NCBI RefSeq assembly: GCF_009914755.1
Contig: NC_060944.1
Source: the human T2T-CHM13v2.0 reference genome, Homo sapiens
Length of the DNA: 64,000 nt
Direction: 5' to 3' (one strand)
How positions within the stretch are numbered: the first letter of the stretch is position 1; every line of letters starts with the position of its first letter. The notes under the pieces were generated by a model. It worked only from the letters and a program-made list of their open reading frames with translations. It searched no databases and had not been told where the DNA came from. The translations under genes were made by a program, and so were the position numbers. This document shows, piece by piece, positions 27,991 to 40,220 of this stretch.

Positions 27991-28258
27991 CTTTTTCAAA
28001 CTAAATAATTTTTAAAGTAACATTTTACAACTAAAAGAAAATAAAAATTATATCAGTTACTATAAAGAGATTCTATCATTAACATTTATTATATTTGCTT
28101 TATCACATATCTATCCTTCTATCTTTCCATCAGTTTATCTTACTATTAAATAACACAAACAGAAAAAAACACATAAACAGGAAAAAAAAAACCACAGCCA
28201 AAAATAAGCATCTGTATACTCATAAAATTACCCTTGAACGGCCTTTGTTCATGAACCA

Positions 28259-29168
28259 CTGTGGTTCTCACAGTGTGTTCCAGGGATCCCGGGGCCTCCA
28301 AGACCCTTGTACATTCGTAGGATCAAAACTATTTTCATAATAATCCTGAGATGTTATTTACCCTTTTCACCCTCATTAGTCTCATGAGTACAGTGTAGTT
28401 TTCCAGAGGCTGCATGATGTGATATCACAAGAGGTTGAAGGCAAAAGCAGATATGAGAAGCCAGCAGGCTGTCTTCTATTAGGCCAGACACTTAAAACGC
28501 TTGCAAAACTGTAAAACAATTCTGCTCGTTCCATAAAATTGTTTTGTTCGGAAAATGTTATTTAAATAAAATATATTTTTATGTTAACAGGTAATCAGTT
28601 TATTATTTTAAGTGAATTAATAACTAAGTACAGTATTTACATTTTTTTCTCAATGTTAAACTCTGTGAAAGAAAATGAAGTCATTAAGGCTAAGGCTTTA
28701 AAGAGGGGTTGGGAGATTTCAAGAGGATTGCACTCACACCTGCTAAAGGTCAAACCACAGGATGTTGCAATAGACTTGGAAAACAACTGAAGTCAGTCTT
28801 CGTCTGCCTTCAACATCTCTCAGCTGGGAATACCCTAAGTAATCAATAAGAATGGGTTTGCAATTTAGGATTTCTGACCAGCCATTGGACTACCTTCAGA
28901 AATAACTTGTGGTGGAAATCCCCTATTTAAAAAAACCTCTCTGTGCTTACCTTATGGGACACTATTCAGAGCTGATCTGACTCAGTTTACCTAAGCTGCA
29001 CATCTTGGTTTCCTGAATAAGTGGTATTTCCTTTCACCTCTGTGTCAATTTTTTGACAGTAATATGGTGAATATTGATAAATTTAACTCATGTAAACAAA
29101 AGCTCATTGGCATCTGCAATAATTTTTAAGATAGTAAAGAGTACAGTGACAAAAATTTGGCGGCACTG
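28259..29168 (+). mobile_element. Charlie1/MER119-like hAT element split by an LTR
   Basis: gtggttctcacagtgtgttcc...tcaaaactattttcataataat...gcagatatgagaagccagc; resumes at 29059 to ...aaaaatttggcggcactg. Confidence 0.75.
28664..29058 (+). mobile_element. Solo ERV LTR (family not resolved) nested in the Charlie element
   Basis: TG...CA boundaries (tgtgaaag...ttgaca), TATA-like cctatttaaaa and aataag signal; cleanly interrupts host element. Confidence 0.6.
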
Positions 29169-31033
29169 GAAAAGCCAGCCTGCCCTGGTCTGCACTGCCT
29201 TTGAAGTTACCCAGCCTCCACTGGTAAATGTTAGAGCCAACCTCTTATTTGGTGAAAACACACTTTGCATAAACTGGCTGGAAACACATATTTAAACCAA
29301 ACCCTTTTTTGTACTTATTTGGATTAAAAGAAAGCTTTCATTAGAAAACATAAAGCCTATTTTCTTTTTAAATCAAGCCACAATTCTAACCAGCAGAGGA
29401 TGAAATTCAGCAAGGAGAGAATGAACAGAGGCAATGAGAAAGGCATCAGATCATTATGAATGGGATGCAATGCGCGTGCTTAGGAAAGATTGATTTGAGC
29501 AGCGCATGTAAACAGTCCTGGCTGTGGGGGAAAGTTTTCTTCACATTTATCTTCTCTCAAAACCAAGAGAGAATTTGCTAGTTCATTTTTTTCCTATTAG
29601 CTCTGCAGTCTTAAAAAAAGATTGTACCCTACTCTTGTGTTGCAACAACTTTCTTTCCTATTTACCCCAACTAGAAGGACAGGATCATGTTTCTGCATTT
29701 CAAAACTGTATTTCAAAAACCATTTCAAGAACTATACCATTCCAGTTCTTCAGCTTTATTTTGTAGGCTATTTGTGTGTGTGTGTGTCAAAACAGGCTAA
29801 GCTCCAATTTTGCCTTCAGTCCTTTAAAACTGTAGCACAAAATGCAAGGTCAAGAGGTAGCATTTAAAGACATCGTCCCACATGGTCTATTTTTGGTCTC
29901 TCTTTTTGATGATATATAGTTTTGGTTGATGCAACTTGAAGATGTTCACCTGGAGCCCTTGATAAAGGGACAAATGTCACAGAGCTGAGAAGCCATCTCT
30001 TTCGCATGATCCCAAGATCTCCAGCTATGCTTTATCTCCAGTAAGACTGATGAGAACTAGCTGCTTCAAATACAAATGAGAGCCTCCTTTTATCAATCTG
30101 GCAAGGTAAATTCTTGTAAAGGTGGGCATTCTCCTTCACCAAGGACAAAACAAAGGGGAAAGAACTTCAAGTGCAACTGCAGGGATTTAGGCTGAATGTC
30201 GAGCAAAACCTCTGTGAGTAAATGTTATCTACCAGCTGGGGACTGAGCCAAAGCAAAGGTCAGCGGCCATCTCTTTCAGAGAGGGAATGGTGCCTACCAG
30301 ATTCAGTTGAGAGACAAAGTCAACATCAGTTGCCAAGAGCCTCTGCTTGGCAGCCAAAGTCCAGAAGATCAGTGACAAGGAGACCAAAGGAGAAAACATA
30401 GGGAGCCATGGAGCAGCCACACAGTGCCCTCCACAGCACCTCTTCCTTACCCTTTCACCTCTCTCCATCCCGATCATTCCTGGGATAATCAATTAGAGAT
30501 GCGAAAAATATTGCAGTTCTCAGGGGAATATCTTAGGGTGGATTTTCAACAACACAACCTATGATGGTGTAGCTAAAGAAAAACCTTGGCCTCTCTACCT
30601 CTTCCCTCTCCCTCTCTTTCTCCCTCTCTCTCCCCCATCCTTTCTTATCCCAGGCCCATGATACCCAAGAGACAACAGAACAGATTCGTGAAATCAATCA
30701 CACGGGTGAATTGCCCATCCAAATCAGGGAGCTTGATTTTCTAACTTAACGTTAAATCACCTCACACATCTCTTAAGGCCAGAGTCACTACAGAGACACA
30801 ACATTGCTAAAGTTGAGCTTGACAGTGTCAGAGGGTCAGACTCCTGGCTTGGTCCTCAGAACCCCAGAAAGAAGGCAGCTGGAGGAAACCAGCAGTGTGA
30901 TCTCACTGCAAGGTGCAGTAACAGCGCAGGGGTGGGGCTGCTTTATAAGGCTTTTGATTAAATTCAGTGCTGCCAAAAGGACTGAGGGACTTTAGTAGGC
31001 AAAGGCATTTATGAGTAGGAACTGAATTTTCTG

Positions 31034-31392
<359 letters not shown>

Positions 31393-31814
31393 CTACTTTG
31401 AACTAAGTCTCTACATTAAAACAGATTCACATCATGGCATTTGATCCTCATGAGAATCTGCCCCTTTTTACTCTCTTGCACTGGTTAGTGATTCTCCCAC
31501 ACCAAGAAATTGCAGGAGACTGAAAGGAAAAACAGACTGAGTTATCAGTGGGATCATCAACATTGATGAAATTTATGAGTTAATGCCAGATTCTTTGGTA
31601 TACCTTGCCTATGAGACTCAAGTCGGTTTTTGAATTTTTTAGGTCTATTTGTTTGGTTTCAGTCTTTACTGTCAACCATCAGTAACAGATGCAATAGATA
31701 AAACCACTTGTTCAGTTGATTTAATTTGGTTATTTGCAGTGGTTTAAAAGAAGTGTTTTTGTTTTTGTTTTTGGGGGGTTTTTTGTTTGCTTGGTTTTTT
31801 GTTGTTTCTTATTT

Positions 31815-32161
31815 TACCCTGGCTCACACTGGAATCACCCAGAATTTTAAAAAATACTGATGCCAGGGTCTCACCCTAAGAAATTTTGATTCAGTCGGTC
31901 TGGGGTATGTCTTGGGCATGGAGAGCTTTTAAATTTCTCCAGGTGATTTTCATGTGCAGCCATGCTTGAAATCTACTGGCTAAAAGCAATGGTTCTCAAA
32001 TTTAGCATGCCTCAGAATCACCCAGCATGCTGGATAAAACAGATTGCAGGACCCCACCACCAAGTCCTAGGTGCAGATGAGCCCCAGTTCCCATAAGATC
32101 TCATGAGATCCCAGGCAATGCTGATGTTCCTGGCCCGATGACCACCCTTTGTGAACCACTG
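31815..32161 (-). mobile_element. Adjacent MER5B-like and MER5A-like MITEs
   Basis: gaatcacc...gattcagtcggtctgggg...ctccaggtgattttcatgtgcagcc; gcaatggttctcaaa...gtgaaccactg. Confidence 0.75.
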
Positions 32162-32575
32162 GCTTAAATAATTAGTGCCAACACTTTTCTCTAAGATGAT
32201 TTTCATTACATTGATCTGGCGCCAAGGAGAGTGCTCTAAGAAGCAGACATCCAATAATGACAACATCCAGTGGAAATAGAGCCTTCCTATCTCTTAGACC
32301 TCATGGAACTTCTTGGGTTCTGAGACTATTTATATGTATACAAGAGAAGGGACCAGACTGTGGTAATGGGTGCCTAGGCAAGGGGAATTTGTATCGCTTC
32401 TGCTGTGGTTTCTGGCCACAATCCCTCATTTATATGTCCTGGCTACCCCCAGCAGGTACATGGGTGAGGGTTTCAGGATCATGGGGAAGGGCTGGCTCTG
32501 GCTCAACCAGGGCTAAAGCTGAAAGCCTCTTTGGATTCTGTGACCTTCTAACTTGGGAACCTGTTGAGCATGAAA

Positions 32576-32578
32576 TGT

Positions 32579-32612
<34 letters not shown>
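32576..32612 (+). repeat. (TG)n microsatellite
   Basis: ~18 TG units with one TA interruption. Confidence 0.95.
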
Positions 32613-33535
32613 CTATGAAAGTGCAATCTTTTTTAGGTCTTTGGGGCCTAATAAGAGGTCATCTCTATGTCCTGTCCAGATTGGCAAGAGCACAACAAAG
32701 CAGTAAAGAGCATTCCCCAGTGGCACAAATCCATCTGTACAGTAGAGGAAGAAGCAGCCATGGTGTGCCCTCACTATGCTCCAGTGCCCTCTCTAAGCAA
32801 AATCTGAAAGCAGGTCTGATGGCTTTAAACTTGGGAAATCTTAGAAGACTTCAGACAACTGGGGGCTGGGGAGGCTCCAATGAGGAACTCGTATATTCCC
32901 TTGCTACTCTGCCATGCACGGACTCAAAACAATGAATTTCTAAAAGCAAAAGGATATGATTTATAGCTTTGCTTTTTCCCAAGCGGAGGAATGTCATGCA
33001 AGTTGCACATACACATGACAAGAACAAGGCTTTTATTAATATTCTTCATACCCAACAATGATAATACACTATAAAACTGTATCTGTGAAATCTCACTTGA
33101 CCTACTTAGAACTATAAGGGAGATGATTTGGTTGATGCAAATTGTGTCATATGTTTGAGATGAGGAAACAAAGACACAGAGAGTTTACACAATTAACTTA
33201 GTGCCTCAGATAGGGCTGAATTTCCCAGTCCCCACTCCATGTTGAAGGATAGAGAAGAGGGACTTCAGGGACTACCTTGAAGGCCACAGCCAGGGAGATG
33301 TTCAAAGCCCCTCCTCCATTCCAGCCTAAGAATTCTTCTTCAGTCTGTATGTATTTCATGTTTCTGTTTAATATTTTATTTCAGAGATTTTTGTTGGAAC
33401 ACCTGGAACCCCAAACCCTGCAAACTGCATGTCACTTCTTGAGAGCCCATCTTCCAAAGAACCCCTCTCTATGCTGAAGGTTCTCTTATGCTATAAGAAC
33501 ATAAGATAGTTCTCATGGGGCCCATTCATTTTTAA

Positions 33536-33737
33536 AAATTGGTTAACCCTACTTCAGTGCACATCAGAATCACCTAGGAAGCTTGTTAAAATCCAGGTTT
33601 CTGGGCCTCCTACCCTGAAGAACAAGGAAGGAGGCCATTTATCAGGCTTTTGGAGTACAGCCTGAGAATGTGCATGTTTAACAAATTCCCAGACAGTGCT
33701 GCTGTGGGTCTGAGGACCCACCCTTTGAAAACCACTA
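33536..33737 (-). mobile_element. MER5A with foreign internal patch
   Basis: catcagaatcacctaggaagcttgttaaa...cctgagaatgtgcatgtttaacaaattccc...ctttgaaaaccact. Confidence 0.8.
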
Positions 33738-33946
33738 CAATAAGATCACCCAGAAACTCAGATCACCCAGAAATCTTTTAGGTAGTATAAATACCAGCCT
33801 CCACTGAGACTAATTAAATCAGACTCTTTACAGGCAAAGTCTGGGCATTAATGTGTTTAAAATGGTCTCCAGGTACAGCCAAGGTTGAGAACTTCTGCAA
33901 TAAGGGGAACCCTATGTAGAATTATATGATATTCAAACCCCTAGGT

Positions 33947-34140
33947 CAGGAGTTCTCAAAATGTGGTCCCTTGCCCAGCAGTATCAGCATAACCGTCAGT
34001 ATCACTTGGGAACTTGTTAGAAAAGCAAATTCAGGCCCCATCCCAGACTTGCAGAATCAGAAACTCTGAGGGTAGGGCCCAGCAATCTGTTTTAACAAAC
34101 ACTAGGTGAATCTGAGACTTGCTGAAGTTGGAGAACTATT
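33947..34140 (+). mobile_element. MER5A
   Basis: gttctcaaaatgtggtccc...gggaacttgttagaaa...gaatcagaaactctgagggtagggcccagcaatctgttttaacaa. Confidence 0.88.
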
Positions 34141-34833
34141 ACTCTAAGCTTTTGGCTTCCCTGTAAATGAGTCCCTGAAAGTTGGACTCTTATCTAGGGG
34201 CAGTGACAGTTGTAGGCCCATAGCAGGCTGGATGCACCAACTGCTCCATCAGAGCAGGGGTGGCTGAAGGACAAGGAAGGAGATCATTTATCAGGCTGTC
34301 AGTGAAGTACTATGACACACAGCTAACATCCTTTCCAGGACATCTGGTTTCTCAGCTCTATGAGATAAGGCCTATAAATTACTTTGTAATGGGTTTCACC
34401 TCTGAATACTCAGATGCAGGTTCAGCTTCAGGCAAAATTGCTATGTAGGTAAACCAAGCTTGGGTCTTCCACCTTTGCCTTTCCTAGCCCCTTCTCTTTT
34501 TCTATCCACAACCAACAATTCTCCAAGGAAGGCTTTGTTCATTGCTATTAAGTTATTTCAGCCCTGGAGGACAGCTCAACGAAGTGGCTGATTGAACTTG
34601 AATGTGTCTCCACCTCCTGAGGGTACATTTATTCTAAAAGAAGACAACTAGGCTGAGCCATGCTTAATACAGCAGAATGTGTCTTCAGAGATAGAATATT
34701 GAACCCTTGACCTCATTGAAAAACAGACCATATCTTTTAGATAATTACCTGTTTCTTTGGCATCAAGCTCTCTTTAACCCACATTTTATATATGTCTACC
34801 CCCTTTTGCCTTCCATTTCCTAAAGATATACAA

Positions 34834-35283
34834 TATGGTAGGTGGCAAAAATGGCCCAAAATGCTTCCCCTTGCATCAAGAGGTGAAGTTTATTGTAGCA
34901 GCTCTTAAATCCAGGTTGGCCTGGTGATATGCTTTGGCTTAATGGGACATTAGAAACCTTGATGCTGGAAGAGACTTGAAAAATCCTTGAGCACTGGGGC
35001 TTGTTTTCATGCCAAGACTGCCATGTAATTAAGCCCACATGAGCAGCTTAAAAATGAGAAGCCACATAGAGGGGAATCCATGTGATTTAGCTATGAGTGA
35101 GACCATCCTAGTTCATCCTACCAGACAATTTGCCAAACGACCACAGATGAACAAGCCCAGCAGAGATCAGCCAACCTGGCCTAGACAGAAGAACCACCTA
35201 GCTGACCCCCAGAATTGTGAACTAAATAAATAGTTCCACTCATGTTTGGGTTGTTTGTTACACAGCAAAAGCTAACTGATACA
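34834..35283 (+). mobile_element. MLT1G-type MaLR solo LTR
   Basis: aaaatggccc..catcaagaggtg...agagacttgaaaa...cacagcaaaagctaactgataca. Confidence 0.8.
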
Positions 35284-35295
35284 CTTGATTCTATT

Positions 35296-35331
35296 GACAG
35301 AGCGAGTCTCTGTCTCAAAAAAATAAATAAA
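35296..35331 (+). mobile_element. Severely 5'-truncated Alu (tail only)
   Basis: gacagagcgagtctctgtctcaaaaaaataaataaa. Confidence 0.75.
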
Positions 35332-37636
35332 GTTATATTGATTACATCTAAAGATTATCTGAAGAAAGAAATCATCTTGGAAATGTTACCTTCTCTGGGA
35401 TGCCTTCCCTGAGCATCTGTCTTCCATGTAGCCTTAGCTCCCATGTAGGTTAGGCTGGTGACTGTTCAGATGTTCTACAAAATCAGTGTTTATGTCTGCC
35501 TAACACTTGTCTCTATAATTTCCAGTTATGTTTATCTGCCCCCCTCTACTCTCTGACTGAGAAATTTTAAAGGTAGAAACCATGTCTTAATTGTCTTTGT
35601 ACTTCCAGCCCCTAACTCATTTATTCTATGTTATGTTGAGCTGCACAAATGAAATATTTGACTCAGATGAGCATGGGGAGGGAGGGTAGGGAAAGCAGCC
35701 AGCAATGCTTTGCATTAGTCACAAGCTGGAGCCTAGAATCTCCCCTGGAACAATCCACACCCACCAAACTCACAAAATCCAAATAAACTAATGCTTATCT
35801 GGCCCAGGACCTTCAGAACACAGAGGTCTTTGTCTTGTGAGAGATGGATTATCTACCTCTTTCATTTCATAAGAGTTTACAGGAAAAAAATGTTTTATTC
35901 AAAGATTTCAAAGATACCCATTTTACATTGTTTTTCTCATTTCACCTCCCATGATGAGACAGGAAGGGACTCTGTATGCCTATATGACACATCACAAATC
36001 CAGGATTACCAGTTTTACTTCTTTCCCCAAACCCCAGTTTCCCTTGGTCATAGGGAATAGCTGGACATAATAATGATAAAAAATAGTTCACCCTTGCCAG
36101 TTTTCACCGGGGGACCTGCATTGTACTCTAACCTGAGTCTCCATCACCTTGCCCGGTCATTACAATGCTCTGGGAATTTATTATGATACCCATTTTACAA
36201 ACAAGGGCTCAGAGAGTCTAAGATGAAAAGATCCACACACAGGTGGAAGAGCCAGATCTTGCTAATTCGAAAACTGATGTTCTTAAACCACTGTGATGCT
36301 GAAATGTATGATCTAAAGGCTGTAGAGCTATTATCTTGATATCTTGTTTCCGTCACCCACCCCATGGAGCTGACCCACTTTGCAAAGGAAAGAGACAGGT
36401 GAAAGCTTCACCAAAGGTCACCCAGCAAGGGAAGGGATGGCTTCTGGCCAGGCAATGCCGCATCATTGTTTGGGCTATTATGAAGCTGTGATGCCTGACA
36501 TGGCCCCTGCAAAGCTGCCACCTAGGTACACTGTTAGCAGAAAGAGTCAATGGGCGGTGGCAGGCAGTCAGACAGGACAGCAAAGAAGAAGATTAAAATA
36601 ATTACAGCTCTAATTGATCAGCTCTGCTCAAGAGGAGATTAAAAGGGAAAAGGCATATTGAAGAAGGCACTCGACATCCGCCCTGGGCCAGATTCCATCT
36701 GCTACTGTAGCCAGCTCTCTCCCCTCCCTCCTGGCTCTCTGTCCAGCAGCCCCCACTGCAGAGCTCCAGGACACAGGCTTGATGAAAGTCATTCTTTGTG
36801 GAAGGCATCAGGCTGTGCTCCCGTGAAGAACTGGTTTCACAAACAGCAGGGAAGAAGCAGCTCCCAGCAGCAGATAGTGGCCTCCGTTGGCAATGCTCTA
36901 GCACGGAATTGCCAGCAGCATGTGGAAAAGGAAGAAGGAGATGACCAGAACGAGGCCAACAAGGGGCAGGGGACTGGGGCAGAAGATCAGCCTGCACCTT
37001 GTCATCTGATAACCTCAGCCTGGCATTAACAGCCTGGGCTCCAAGCAGCACTGGCTCTGGTTTCAGCTTAGCACACTTTCTGACTTAGCTTTTGGCTTAT
37101 TGTCATTTAGGAGCAGGTCCAGGGAGCAGTTTTTCCTTGTCCCTAGCACCCTTATGTAGGAATTGTAGAGGAAGGGCAGAGGAAGGGATTGGGGCCAGGA
37201 AGGATAGAGGAAGGCCGATTAGGAGGGAGTAGCAGCAGCCCTGGCTTTGCCAAGGCCATCTGTTTACACAGAGTCTGAACAAGGTCAAGAGCAGGTGATG
37301 GGGGCAAGGAGCAGGAAGAAACCTGCAGGTCACCTTTCTTACATATAGGACAGGTGATCACACCTAGTGGAAGGGGAACTGGGTCAAACACTTATCTCCT
37401 GTGTTTAGGCTCACTTCTGACAGCATGGCATGCAAGAGGACCAGAATAATCAGAGACCATAAACCTCAAGGTTCACTTTTACTTTATATTACAGGGGCTC
37501 CAGCAAGCATTTGCGCTGGCTTCCAAAGATGGTTGGGCCAAGTGGTCAGGGCAGAGTCAGACATCCATCCACCACATGGACTGTGGGAGCTGAGAAAAAA
37601 ATGAATCATTTTTCCCTCTCACTGCCAAGTATAAGC

Positions 37637-37803
37637 CAGTGTGTCTCAAACTGCAGGGTCCATAACAATCACCGGGGGATCCTTTTAAAATGCAGATTAT
37701 GATTCAGAAAGTCCAACATGAAGCCTGAGATTCTCTATTTCCAACAAGTCCTGAGAGATGCTGAATGCTGCTGGTCCAGGGATCAGTTTGAAGAGCAAAA
37801 GCC
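37637..37803. mobile_element. MER5A1-like MITE
   Basis: cagtgtgtctcaaact...aatcacc..ttaaaatgcagatt.tgattcag...cctgagattct. Confidence 0.7.
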
Positions 37804-37908
37804 TAAACCATACTAGAAATAGATTAAAGAGCCTAGATGGGGATCACTCTTAATAATGATAAACAGGTACTGGAGATAATGGCCTGCAGTTAGAATTAAG
37901 GTTCTCCA

Positions 37909-38259
<351 letters not shown>

Positions 38260-38344
38260 TCAAGGCATAGCAGGGGAAAAACAGAAGCTATAGAGGTGAG
38301 AGAGCTGAGACTTGGCTGGGTCAGCCAGATATAACCTAGGAGGA

Positions 38345-39500
38345 CCATATACCAGTAAAGATTCTTCCAGTTGCAAATGCCAAAACCAATTCAAGTTCAG
38401 TGAGGCTGAAGGAGGATTTATTGATCCATGTAAACAGGTAACAGGTTGGCTCTTTCCTCTGGGATGGCTGGCTGCACCCAGGGTCTGTGCTGGAAGGACT
38501 CTTGTTAGTTCCTCATCTTCTGTTTCCTCTGTACTCATTCACTTCTACTAACCACAGGCCATCATTCCTTCATTCAAATAGCAAGGAATATGTAGGAGAT
38601 GTTCTGGCCTTGGATCCTTCAATGCTAGAGCTCTGAGATGAAAAGAAATTTCTCTTTTTTAGGTTCAGTTTGGAAAATCTGCAAGGATGGTCTTTCGTGA
38701 AGCCTGATGGCTAATGAAACCCTTCCTCCTTGTTCAATATGTATTCTTCCCTTAAATATCTCATGGGATCAGAGAAGGTGACCCCATCCCTAACTCTCGT
38801 GGTAGGTCTATTCTTTAAGCCAATCCAAGTAATCATTTTGCTCTTGAGAATGACTGGTTCTAGAATCTCGACTGAAGCTTATCAATACAGGACATTTTGT
38901 TGGCTATTGTTATAGGTCTCCAATTAGCACCTAACTCAATCTTGGTCTATCAGGCTAAAGGAATGGATATTTACTGAAATGGAGAAGACATTTTCTCATT
39001 CACTTGCTCTCTCTTCCCTCCTCTTTCTTTCTTTCCAAACATTCACAATGAAAAATAAGACCTCAGTTTCTGGGTAACCATCTTGTGACCGTGAGAGAAG
39101 CCAGCCTGAAAACAATCATTACAGGAAGGCTGCAGCTGAGAAAATGACAGAGAGCTAGAACCAAAGACATTATTGTACAATGCCTTAGCCCTTCCTTCCC
39201 TGTACACTTTCTATTATGTGATAAAATAAACCTATTGTTCATTGAGTCAGAACAAATCATCCCAACTGAAACATCCATCAAGTTCCTGTGCTGACTGTTG
39301 AGCCAAACACAGTGGCTGGAGCAAGGGGTACTATGACTGACCTAGCAGAAATTAACGACATGACCCCAGGAAGATAGAGTTTCAGAACCGTTAAGAGAAA
39401 ACACACTGAGGTGGGGCAGTTTTCCGTGAGAAGAGTGGAGTTGATGCCAGAAGTAAGGAATGAGGGAAAAATTCTAAGTAGAAAAAAACAAGTGGTCCTC
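38345..39500. mobile_element. Old MaLR LTR relics (MLT1K/L-like minus pieces; MLT1J-like plus piece ~39060-39273)
   Basis: ccagttgcaaatgccaaaacc; ccatcttgtgacc.tgagagaagccagcctga...aataaacct...cccaactgaaaca. Confidence 0.55.
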
Positions 39501-39525
39501 TATTGTGATGCAGACATATACATCA

Positions 39526-39630
39526 TTAAGTGTATCTAGTGTCAGAGGTGCTATTAGAGAAGTTTGCAAACTGATCCACGGTCACTTTGCAAACTTCTCT
39601 AATAGCACCTCTGATGCTGGATACACTTAA
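39526..39630. repeat. Long inverted repeat (45-bp arms, 15-nt spacer)
   Basis: 39526-39570 vs rc of 39586-39630: 42/45 identical, 29-bp perfect core. Confidence 0.97.
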
Positions 39631-39718
39631 AAATGTGTAGTCTCAAAGAAGGGAGTAGTGAAGACCACATGGGAGAATCAGGCAAGGTTTCACAGAGGAG
39701 ATAATGCCTCAGCTGAGT

Positions 39719-40220
39719 TGTATTGGTTGCCTATTACTGCATAACAAACAATACAAAAACTTAGTGATTTAAAATAACAAATAACATATATTATCTCACG
39801 TGGTTTCCGTGAGCTAGGAATTTGGGAGGAATCGCTCAATAGGTTGCAGTCAAGATGTTGCAGATCTGGTCAGACCAGAGCTGGTCATCTGAAGGCATGG
39901 CCAAGCTCGAGGATCCACTTCCAAATGGCTCATTCACATACCTGGCAAGTTGATGCCATCTGTTAGCAGGAGGACTTACTTTGTTTGCTATCCCATGGAC
40001 CTCTCCATAGAGTTGCTTGAGTGTCCTCATGACATGGCAGCTGATTCATCCAATGTGAGTGATCCAAGAGAGAGCAAAGTTGAAGTCACAATCTTTGTTA
40101 TGATTGAAGTCATGCTCCTTAATTTCCTCAATATCCTATTCCATATGGTAGGTGACCACATAGGGGTCAATATCAGGCAATGAAAACCACTGTGGGCCAT
40201 CCTGGAGTCTGACTACCACA
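39719..40220 (-). mobile_element. MLT1F-type MaLR solo LTR with intact 5-bp TSD
   Basis: TG...CA ends; TSD tgagt at 39714-39718 and 40221-40225; ggatccacttccaa..ggctcattcacat. Confidence 0.87.

Noticed and set aside
29767-30112. Possible spliced exon (ttttgtag acceptor ... aag|gtaaat donor)
   Set aside because: Splice-like words occur by chance; there is no transcript evidence in the sequence alone
32257-32935. 149-aa and 123-aa ORFs
   Set aside because: They run through a (TG)n microsatellite (VCVCVC); no recognisable domain
36602-37051. 149-aa/123-aa overlapping ORFs
   Set aside because: Non-ATG starts, both strands open, no domain; explained by GC content
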